A DNA stretch of 58,517 bases, filler included, from Sphacelaria rigidula (Eukaryota), in assembly GCA_964200075.2 (NCBI GenBank). It is 9 parts of 9 records of this genome, joined end to end, with 100 filler letters (N's around TTAATTAATTAA, not from the genome) between each part and the next. Parts side by side here need not be neighbours in the genome. Positions count along the whole stretch, not along the records: positions 39,079 to 45,491 come from CAXNAA020020223.1; positions 45,592 to 52,004 come from CAXNAA020020224.1; 7 more parts are not named here. One strand, 5' to 3'. Both the position numbers and the translations under genes were made by a program. Position 1 is the stretch's first letter. The number at the start of each line of letters is the position of its first letter. Shown here piece after piece: positions 39,417 through 50,245 of this stretch. The notes beneath the pieces were generated by a model. That model saw only the letters and a list, made by a program, of their open reading frames with translations. It did not search any database and was not told where the DNA came from.

Positions 39417-42400
39417 ACCCGAGGGCTCCGCGCGCACGTGGATCTCTCGGAAAGGTATACGCTCCTGATTTAGCCGTGCGGCCAAGCTATTACCGCGCAG
39501 GGCGAGGTTCGGGACAACGGAGTATCTACGGAAGTGCACTGAAGCGGAGTGTTTCTCGCGGGATGTTTACGCCCGCGAGCAATCGAAGCGGCGGCAGCGG
39601 CTCCCGCGGGCCGTTTGATATGTCACCTGACGAAGGGGAAGAGACGGAAAACACGGTTCTCGATTCTACGGACTGTGACGCCGCAAAGGTACCGTATGAT
39701 GTGACACGGTGTGCTAGTACCCGAATGGTGAAACTGATTATGTGAAAACACTCCCCGGGTGATGGATTGTCGGTTTCTTCCTTCAATGGAAAATAAATGA
39801 ATAAAGAGTTCTTCTGTATATTGGTCGAGCCGCTGTTTTGTGGTAGAGGGGCGTGTACAAATTGCCGCCACGCATCAACAGCCACGCGGGATGAATATTC
39901 AATCTCTCGGACACCATTTTTTCTAAAAATATTCAAATGAAGATACCTCCTGTCGTTGCTACAGTGAAGGTTTATACCCTTTTCATATAGCTCCTTTCTT
40001 CTCGTTGTCATCCCCCGACAGCCGGTACGCTCACATCAACATCAATGCCGTCTGCTCGCGGAGGATGTCGATTGTTTCCACACTCTGAATAATGGCAATA
40101 TATTGCATTGACAGATGCCCAGTACAGCACTGCGCAGATACCGGAACGACTTTAAATGTGAAGACAACAACAACAACAACAAAAAGTGCAAGGGTAGATC
40201 GAGTAGAGTATACTCAGTTGCGGGATATTTTGAAAGTCGTACTAGAAGTACACAAATTGGGGGTAGGGTGTTGGGGATCGCTTTCCACTTATATTTTAGG
40301 TACGACTCCCAACACTCTACCCTAATTTGAATACGTCAAGTACGTCTTTCATAATACCCCGCGATTGAGTATACTCTACTCGACCTGCCCTTAAAAAAGT
40401 GCACTGCGTACAGTATCGGCCATTGCGCATATCGCAATAGACAGAGGATTCCATGTTGTACGTAGTACATTTTTTAACAATGTGACCTTGTGTCATTGTT
40501 CAGGGTGCGATTGTTTCCTCTGGTGAGATTTCCGCGAAGAAACGCTGCTTACATGTTTCCCTGCCAGCTGTTCTCACTAACCATCCTTTTTTTTTCAACG
40601 ACAAATATGCGACAGATTCCCACCCTCCCACCTGCGCACCCACCCGATGCCGACCGTAAATCCGACGAGCAGACGCCAAGGAGAAGCAGTAGGCGGAAAA
40701 TCGTTCCCGATTCAGATTCTTCGTTTGGCCAATCCGATTCTGAAACGGCACATGAATCAGAATCCGCCGGGAAAGGGAAGCAATCCCGGCAGAAAAACGA
40801 GCAAAAGCAGCGAAAGGGCCTTGGAAGAGCAGGGGATTGCAAGCGTTCTGGGTGAGTGAGGCGCGGTTGAAGCACGAGTTCGGCTTCGGGAAGAGTCACG
40901 CCTATTCGAGTAGGATACTGCAGTGTGAGTTGAGCGGATGATGACGATAGTGTACGTGCGGCTTATGCTGCCCTGGCGGCGAATTTGTTTTGGTATCTTC
41001 ACGTACAGTAGTCGATCCGATATAAGGCCGCTTTCAATAAAGCCATTTGGATACAAGGCCGCGTGTGTTCCTTTGCCACACTTCTCTGGATGGGTATAAG
41101 GCCGTTTTTCCTGCCTTACCCGGAACTGGCCTTGAGCCTTGGACTGCAAAACTCCCTCAGATGGACTCAGACGGACTATGTCACATTTGGGTTGCGAACA
41201 GCTCTTTTCTCGCTACGCGGGACGCCTTTTTTCATGAACACGTGGATACGGCGCATCTGTATAGGACACAGTCTCGGAGGACCACTGACCGGTGTTGACC
41301 CTGCAGTCAATTGCGTGCAGAGTCGGTATGTGTGCTGTACGCCTTCGCTGGATACAAGGCAAGGAACAATCAGCGTGCCATCGCTCTCCACTGAAGAATC
41401 TATTATTGCATGCTGCTGATGTCTCTGCTTAGTGTTCCACAACAACACTACAGGCAGTGTGAAGCTATGCTGGCAACACATGAGGGGTCAGGCAGGCGGT
41501 GAAGACTGGAAGCAGAGTGAAAATGACGTCATTTGTACCGATGCCATCTATGGAGTAGTTGTCATCATCAAAATTACGAATACGGCTAGACAGCAAAGTA
41601 GTTCATATGCAGGCCACCTGTAGGGGCACAAAGTTACCAATTTGGTGTTCGTGATTGGTCAGAATTATCACCCCGCTCGTCTCGGGCGTCGTTCCTGCCT
41701 TACAATTTTCCGTGGGCAACTTCCAAGCACACATGGTAGACTTGGTGAGCTTTCCGGCTATTGTGTCAACAGGCCCCCACCTTCCCGTCAAAAACCACCC
41801 TGAGATGAGGTCGGCTCGGCCTGACAGGGAGGGCCTGGTGACACATTATGACGTCTTATTCGATATTAGGCCGAAGCGACCCTGAATCGATTGTAGGCCA
41901 CCTTCTATATAAGGCCGTCTCATTCGGCATGGATCAACCCAACCTTATATCTGGTCACCTGCTGTAAAATTGTGCAGGATCATGCGTGCACTGGAATCAA
42001 GGGAATCAAGTGACGAACACACACACACACACACACGCGCACATACACGAAACACTTGCAAATGAAATTGCACATGTGAACTGCAGCGATCTTTTTTGTC
42101 TCTGTTTCGTTTTCTTGTTTTCCCACGAAATAAAATGCTGTTGTTGTCAGCAGTCGCAGCAATGATACTCATGGCAAGGATGATGGCGGTGATGATGATG
42201 ATAGCAACAACACCCATGGTAATGACGGCGAGCTGGATACCAGGCCCGCTTGGCTCATCGAAGCCTCACGGGCTCGATCTCCTGGAGGGGGCAGGCCGTC
42301 TTCATTGCCAGGAAGCGGCTACAAGCGGCCCCGAACGTACGTGGGTACTAGCAAGAGGCGTTCTTTCTCGTCTCCGGAGACGCCTTCTCGGGACCCCCGG

Positions 42401-44306
42401 GGTGATGGGTTGGCGCGGGTCAGGCGGGGAAGTGGTAATGCTAAGAGGCTGTCGGGAAGTGGACCAGATGGCGGGCTGGAGGATGTCGATGATCTGCAAG
42501 AGACGGAGCAAGAGGAGCACGAGGCTGCGGTTACAGAAGTAGAGGATGGCAACCACGATATCGGCTCCGCGGGAACTGCTCGAACAGGTTTGTCAGCGTT
42601 GTTGTCACGTCAACATAGTGCGTGCGTCTGTGTGTGTGTTGTGTTTTTCTCCACAGCTGTTTTCGGTGTTCGGTAGGTGGCCTCAGACACTTTCTACGAT
42701 AGCCCCCCCCCCCCCATGAAAATTGCCTGGTTTGGGAAGGCAAAATCTGCCGAGCACAACGAGCAGCTTGGAGTTCCCACGCTTGGGTTTGTTCTCGCCA
42801 ACAATGTCGCCATGTGAGGCGCTCCATGCAGCCTGACCCCAATCATCAGGTGCTGTATGGCCATATTTTTCTTGGCACTTTTGGGCTGGCTTTGGGGGTG
42901 GGCTATCGTAGAAGGTGTCCTCATTGGTCAAGTGTTGGATCTACCATGTATGAAGTATTAGATGTACGATGCTTCTGGGTTGGTGTTTGCGGGCTTACTG
43001 ACTTTGTTCATCTTCGGGCTGTATTGTACAGGCAAGATGAGGGTATGATACACTACATTGTGCTGCCCTAGAAGAAGTATGTATACCTTGAGGTTGGGCA
43101 TTGCCATACTTCATACGTTTGTTGGGCCACCTGCCGCGCCGTTTTAATGCTGTGGGCTCGTCGACAATGTAGGAGGGTGGGAGAAGGCGAAAGGGGACGT
43201 GACAGTAGTGGAGGAGGACGATGATGCGCGCGGTTATAGTGGTCACCGTCGCGCAGGTGTTCTGTCATGGTGTTGTGCGTGAAAATAGGTCATCATTCAG
43301 TGGGTGGGGGGTGAAGATTTCACTCTGTGTTCGTGTGTCTTATTTTGCTCCACATATGTGTATGTTTGTATTTTAATCGTTTTTCTCGCACCGACTGACA
43401 AGCCGCAGCCGCAACGGATCCACAGACCGTCCGCCCTTGTTGGTACAAGATGAGGTATACGTGTGGGTTTACGAGCAAATTGCGGCACTACGGTGATTTT
43501 CACCCTCATTGGCTGCCCCGTCTCCTTCCCTTCTCCCCAGGCCTCTGATTCCCGGCTATACCCAACAATTACTCCGTCTTGGTCGTTACTGTTGTTGTCA
43601 AGAACGATGAATTTCGGGGACTATTCGAGGAAAACCACGATGGTGATTTCTGTGATCCAAGCCCTTGCTATCGCTGAGGCATTTTCGGAACTAAAGCCGG
43701 TCGCCCCGGTGGCTCAGTTGGTAACCTCGAAATCTTCTGGCGGTTGGGTCGTGGGTTCATTTCTCGGAGCGATCCGGAATTTTTCCTCAAACCATGCCCA
43801 AGAGTGGAGAGCGACTATGTCGTGGGTACACAAAATTCGACTTCACGGTCGACGAGGGAAAGGGACTGGTGAACCCCTCTCGCGAAAAAAAATAAAAGGG
43901 AAGAACCGCAGGAAGGTGGAGTACTGAAAACAAAGAAACAAAAAAACTCCTGTGTTGACCTTCCTCCTGTGTGACCCCGGCTGGTGCGCCCACATACACC
44001 GAAACGGTGTAGACCGGGGTCCAGAATAAATGGGACGACAACACAACACACACAACACTTTACACGAGCACATGATGGAATTCATCTCTTGTTCTGTGAT
44101 GCTCCTTTCCCCTTTCGCCCTCCTTCCCTCTCCCCCGTCACAAACAATACATATATATGTATATATATACGATGGTGCCAGCAGCAGCAGCAGCGGCCGC
44201 TAGCATGTCCTCCTTGCCATCTCGCGGCAGGGGTGCCCTGCTCAGCCCGACGGGCACACCGACCACAGCATCAAGGCGTTCGGGACGCACCTCCTCGACG
44301 GCTGGG
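39417..44306 (+). CDS. Internal exons of a low-complexity/disordered protein (39417-39688, 40616-40851, 42151-42587, 43173-43256, ~44182-44306)
   Basis: All junctions are GT/AG and phase-compatible (0, 2, 1, 1). A CTCACTAAC branch point precedes 40616. The translation is S/R/G/D/E-rich with no stops. Confidence 0.65.
40190..40393. mobile_element. Palindromic MITE, Mutator-like
   Basis: ~90-bp arms (aagggtagatcgagtagagtatactca / tgagtatactctactcgacctgccctt) with flanking direct repeat aaaaagtgc(a). Confidence 0.75.
42686..42919. mobile_element. MITE with GACACT/CTTCTACGATAGCCC TIRs (truncated copies at ~25850-25952 and ~58432-58517)
   Basis: Inverted termini and a CTCA direct repeat on both flanks. 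Confidence 0.75.
43696..44058 (+). mobile_element. tRNA-derived SINE, full length
   Basis: gccggtcgccccggtggctcagttggt ... gggacgacaacacaacacac. Confidence 0.85.
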
Positions 44307-45431
44307 GTGAGTCGGCTTGTTGCAGTTGCGTGTGGCGGCGATGGCTACTGAGGTAGACATTTGCCCTTGATGCTTTCGCATAGTTCGCATAGTTCGCATA
44401 AACGATGCGTCCTTGTTTTTCGATCCTGAACAGTTTTTTTGTTCTTGTCGCACGTTGAGCCCCTCCCTTGCCTCGGAACGAGTCCGTCATCTCTAGGGAT
44501 CACCCCATCTCTCCCGCGGTATCTAAATTGGCTACTCACGCTCTCACGCTTTCCACGGTAGAAACCAGATATCTACAGATAATAAACGCAACGCATCGGT
44601 AATCGAACCCTCGTTATCTCCACCCTAATGGCGACAGTCGGACCATCGTACACCACCGGGGCCCACTAGAATGATGTAATTATAGCGCCTCGGAGGAGTT
44701 TCCGCTTCGAATTGACCCCCCTTTTGAACAAGACGTTATTATAGCGCCTTGGCGGAGTTTCCGCTTCGAATTGACCCCCATTTTGAACAAGACGTATACA
44801 TTTTCGAAAAAAAACGCGTAAGGGACACAGACCTACACTGGGGCCGGGTGTTCGTTGCGGCTACTGTTTGCTGTTTACTGTCTTCCGTTCGTTTCGTCCC
44901 GACGACGTTTGCTCTGTGTTATTTGCTGCTGCGGTTGTGCGCTACTGCTCCTCCTTCTCCAGTATTGGTCAAATTTAGAGTGGTGTAATACATGTACAGT
45001 ATTAATGTGAGAGTATGTGTCCCATAATGACGAATTATTCAGTGTAACATCATACGAAAATATTTCGTATGTTGGACAAAATAGGGTACACCTGCTGTTG
45101 TAACGGCAACGGCATGCACCTTCCCCCCCCCTCCCACCTAAAGAATTAGGGTTGGGTATGCGAGTAGTGAACGACCGAGTTTTCAAATTACGATCACGGT
45201 AGAGTATGACTTGTGCGAGGAGATGGCGTGTGTGTGTTTGAAATATCAGGACGTTTTGCACTGATCTAGTGACGTATCTCTTTCAAGTTTCCGTGTGAAA
45301 TACAAGTTTTTGTAGTATCAATCAATATTACCGCATTTGATACGAGCACTTCCAGGTTCTGGCTTCTCATCTGCAGCAATGCCATGTACTCTACTAAACA
45401 ACATCAAATGTAAAACCTCTGTGCTGAAAGT

Positions 45432-45463
<32 letters not shown>

Positions 45464-45689
45464 CTGCCACCCACCCGCGAAGCTCAGACGCNNNNNNNNN
45501 NNNNNNNNNNNNNNNNNNNNNNNNNNNNNNNNNNNTTAATTAATTAANNNNNNNNNNNNNNNNNNNNNNNNNNNNNNNNNNNNNNNNNNNNAAGCCTAGG
45601 GATTGATTCGTCACGAGTAGACTCTTTATACTAAAACCAAGTAATTTACAGACAAATCATTATTTGTCCGACCCTTGAAAGTTTTGCGC

Positions 45690-46100
45690 GTTTGTGCCAT
45701 GGCGTGAGCTTGAAACGTGCAAACTCCAATCTACTTGGTTTTAGTATAAAGAGGTCTTTTGCGGGTGAGTTTAACGTTGAGGCGAGAAGAAATATATGAA
45801 ATATTCCAATTTCTCCACCGAACTTTGTACATATGGCCCTTGAACTACCCCGGGACGCATACTTTTTTCTTCTCTCGAGGCATTCTGTACCGTCTTCCGG
45901 GAGTGTTTACACTGGGACCCCCGTAAGCCGGTAGAGAACGGAGGAACTGCGAAATACTGTCCAGAATATAAATTCTCCAGTTGAAGCATTGACACCTACG
46001 GAACTGCCAAGTTTGAGGGCGACCTGAGTCTTTCTAGGACAGATGAAAGAGAAACCGTCACGAGGCTCCCTGGGTCTTTCGTGCCTATCATCAGTGGGAA
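45690..46100 (+). repeat. Dispersed repeat, second copy at ~51560-51895
   Basis: Long shared blocks, e.g. cctacggaactgccaagtttgagggcgacctgagtctt. Confidence 0.8.
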
Positions 46101-46872
46101 TTAAACAACGCCAAAGCTCCTACATCAACGAAACACCAAGGTGTCGGGTATAGTTCGACCCCGTAGTCACTGTTGTCAAATACATTTTTTTCCGTTAGAT
46201 TACCGAGCTGATGGCGGATACTACGATGCATGTGAAGATTGGGTGAAAATTGGGCTTATAAAATTTGTAATATTCGATTTCAGAACAATTCAAGGGGCGC
46301 TGATTGGTCAAGTAACCTTTTCGCCCTTCGCGCCACCACTATGGCCTTGAACACAACTTCGGCTATGTCACCCTCTCCAGGGGTCCATGGCGGTCAGTAT
46401 GATATATCATGTATGCGACTGTTGGGTAGGTTTTTGCGAAAGGCATTTGCTTGTGACACAATTTTGGGTGATGATCGTTAACCAGTCTGTATTGGAAAGT
46501 TCGTTATTTTTTTCCCGAGGGTACGCCGTACCCGTTGATGCTGCGAATCAGGGTGGCGTGTGATGTTTTCATATCTTCGATTGATCTTACCTGATACGCA
46601 TGGATGGTGATGTAACAGCAATACTGGGTGCCGCGTGCAAACAGCTCCCATACGAATACATGCGTTCACCTAGGGAAGGGAAGGGGAGGGGGTGTACTCA
46701 TGATCTTGCATACCACAGTCATCTGTTGACCTCGCATCCCTGCCAAGCCAAGACGGAGCACGCCGGGTTTTCGCCGGACCGGTCCATTTTTTTCTTGTGA
46801 AATAAAATGACCCCGCCCCCGCCCCTGCCTCCGCCCTTGCCCTTCTCCCTTCCATTCCATTCCTTGAATCAG

Positions 46873-47588
46873 GACGGTAAGATAAAGGTATGGAAGGTGT
46901 CGACGGGCCAGTGCCTGCGACGTTTCGAGAGTGCACACACGCAGGGGGTCACTTCCTTGGCCTTCGCTCGGGACGGGTCGCAGCTCCTCTCTTCCTCCAT
47001 GGACCAGACTGCAAGAATTCACGGACTCAAGTCGGGGAAGATGCTGAAGGAGTTCCGGGCAAGTTTTTTTTGTTTCCCTTCGTTTTTTTTTGTTGTTGCG
47101 TTTTTCCTCTTTTTGTTTTCCTGGACATTTTTCTTTTTCTCTTTGTTATTTTTTTGTGTGCGTATGTGGTCCACACTTCATACATTTCTTGTTCTGTTTT
47201 TGTTTTTGTTTTCGGGATCCCTCTGTACAGTTTTTGGATTCAGGAGTTGCACGATTTTCGCTCAGGATTTTTACCGGTGTGTATTTTGATTGGTTGGTAC
47301 GAATCATGTTTTATTTTTATTTTTATTTTATCGTGACGTAAAATTTTCGCTGTGTAAAACAGACGCTGCGGTTGAACTTGTTTTGAGGGTATGTGCGTGT
47401 GTGTTACGAAATAAAAAATAAAAATTCCTTCTTGTGGGCGTTAGTAATCACTGGCTGGATACACACACACCCTGTTCGTGGGGCCACCGCGGGTTCTGAT
47501 CCGAACCAAAGGCACGTGTGAAGACACTCGCAATCTCGGGAGCAAGAGATTCTGTTCCAAAACAATAGTGTGGGCAGTGTGTTTACCC

Positions 47589-47631
<43 letters not shown>

Positions 47632-50245
47632 CCCCCCCCGCGCGCCCGCCGCTGTCGGCCGTCATTATCCACTGTTGAACTGGTGGAGGGTCATTCTCCA
47701 CTGTTCAGGTGTTTCGCCTGATGTAGTGTCGCGTTCGTTCTTCACCGCCACCCAAAACACATGACGCGGCAGAGTCGAAGAAGTGAACAGAGTACACAGT
47801 CACCATGATGCTGATACGTAGCTGTAGTAGGTCTCTGAAGGGATGTCCTCTACGGAAGTCTGGCTCAATTCCACGCAATTGCATTGCACAAACCAGCGAT
47901 GGACGCCTCTGCCGCAGTAGCTCTGGCGGGATGCTCGTATATGTACAAGCCGAGGAGTCATTTTCCGATGTTGCCGTCCGACATGCGGCTAAAGATGACT
48001 GACACTGCACCATTGTCAGTACGCTGAAGCTCTGTACACACATACACCCATGTACTAGTCATCATCCAAGGCCAAGATTGCACCAGTCAACCCTGGACAT
48101 AATGCAATATTTTTTGGTCGATAACTTTCACTCCATGTCGATATTTTCATCTTCGGCAAGGGTTCAAGCAAGCTACATTTCTCCGGTTTGTACATACATA
48201 TATATATATGTCGATACCGTTGTAATTTTTTTCGGAGTGTGTATGGGTGTAACTTAATACCTCTTCATTTTCTTGCTGTGCCGCGTCTTGTCTCCACCAA
48301 TTTGTTTATTTCTGTTTTGCCGTGTTAACACAGGGACATACATCGTACGTCAACACTGCCGTGTACATGGGGGACGGGGCCAAGGTCGTGACTGGATCAG
48401 CAGACGGCACCGTTAAGGTAGACTCGAGTTTTTTATTTTTATTTTTTTCCTCCTTTTTTTCTTTCTGTTGCTGTCGCCGTCGCCGGTTCTGTTACTACTT
48501 TTCTTTCTATTTCTCTCTCTGCCTCTGTTTCTGTTTTTCCTTTTATATATACTCCGTATATATTTTTGGCGCTCCTGGGCCGAACGGTTGACGACCAGCA
48601 GGCTGCCCCCCCCCCGGACATGATCCGTCTCGAAAGGGATGCGTGGTCAATGGTCACACGACTGAGGCAAGCAACAAATGAGTACACCCCGCCCCCACCC
48701 CCGACATGATAAGACATGGTCGTAAGGATAAGAGTCAAGGTCGAAATGATCTTCTAGTGGAGGAGAGGGGTGATGAATGCCCCAGTATGGCTTGTGCGAT
48801 TGATGAAAGATCACGACGCACCGATGTAAAGCGAGGGGGATAATTACATACTACTATATAACAAGGAGGACACATGAAGTCCGTAGATGCATGGTTGTCG
48901 ACCGCCGCCTGCCGCCCCGACTCCAATCCTATTCCCCGATTGCCGGCCCCGGATACTTCGTTCGCTCACTGCATACACTCGCCCCTTGTTCGGATGTTGA
49001 CGTAGGTGTGGGACGCCAAGACCACGGAGAACGTGCACACCTTCCAACCGGCCGTCTCTATAGGATCTCACACCGAGGCGAGCGTGCATACCGTCTTTCC
49101 GCTCCCGGGCTCGACGGAGCAGGTCCTGGTATCCAACCGAACGTCCACGGCGTTCCTGTGTACCCTGCAGGGGCAGGTCGTGCGGAGTTTCACAAGTCCG
49201 AAGGTATAACTCGCGGAGAGCTGTTGCTTCTGTTTATACCGGGCATCTTATTCATTCGTACTTCCGTGTGAAAGGTTTTTTTCCTTGTTCTTTTTTCGAA
49301 AGTGCACACCTTGGGCCGGGCCGATCCGGTCCGGTCCGGTCTATCTTGTGAGAAGCTTACACCGTGTTCAGATCCGGTCCGGTCCAGTATTGATTTCATT
49401 TCGTATGTGTATGTGTTTTACACCTTGGTTCGGTCCGGTATATGGTATCGTCCAGTGGGTTCTGCGCATGGAAATGACGCCGTCGTATGTGGATAAAATA
49501 AACTCACTGTCTTCTACTTCTCATTATTCTTCGTTACGTGACTTTTTGAGAAATATAAAAAAATGGTCAATGCGTGTTTCATGTCTGGGTTGCTTTTATT
49601 ATATCGCAGTGTGTTTTTACTCGTCGGTTATTGCTTGTTGTTTTTTTGTTTTCTCATTGCTTGTCTTTCCCGATTTTTCTCTGTTCCCCCCCCCCCCGGA
49701 ACATTAGATACCAGCAAGGAAAACGGTCGCCGTACTAGGAGATATATGGTGGCCACAGACGGCGTATCGACAAGGGCATAAGATATATAAAACGTTTTGT
49801 GCAATGTATGGAAGACTCGTAATGGGCAGCCAAGTGAAGGTGTCTCTATTAGGAGTAGGAGCGGTTCTCCGTCTCTAAAGGGATGCGTGGTCAATGGTGA
49901 AATGACTTAGGCAAGCAACAAATGAGTATGCCCCCCCGCCCCCCCGCCCCCGCGTTCTTCCGAATCTTGAACAAAAAAACAAAAGCAAAACGGATATTAG
50001 AACTTCTGCTAGACCCGACCCAATGCCCAATGCCCAATGCCCCCCTTGCGAAAAAAAACAACAACGTTTTCTCAGACGGTTCGCGCAGACTTCACATGTG
50101 CGTGTCTCTCTCCCAAGGGGAGATGGGTGTACTGTGTAGGCGAGGATGGAGAGATGCTGTGCTTCGATGTAGCCACGGCGGAAATGGAGCGTTCGATGAA
50201 GGTCTCGGAAAAGGAAGTCATCGGCGTCGCGCATCATCCTCACAG
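46873..50245 (+). CDS. SMU1: WD40 spliceosomal protein SMU1, C-terminal exons (46873-47058, 48334-48417, 49006-49203, 50076-50245)
   Basis: [31 protein letters not shown]...[23 protein letters not shown]...[15 protein letters not shown]...QVVRSF...|...[15 protein letters not shown]...[13 protein letters not shown] is recognisable as SMU1. The final exon was not found in this contig. Confidence 0.95.
48625..48685 (+). mobile_element. Short 3'-end copy of the same LINE family (SMU1 intron)
   Basis: ccgtctcgaaagggatgcgtggtcaatgg...gcaacaaatgagtac, with TSD ccccc(g)gacatgat on both sides. Confidence 0.85.
49700..49928 (+). mobile_element. 3'-end copy of the same LINE family (SMU1 intron)
   Basis: Aligns by eye to 35145-35376, with C-runs on both flanks. 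Confidence 0.8.

Noticed and set aside
44679..44795. Two-copy ~58-bp tandem repeat (similarly 6102-6225 and 18655-18815)
   Set aside because: Simple local duplications with no spacer array or associated ORF.
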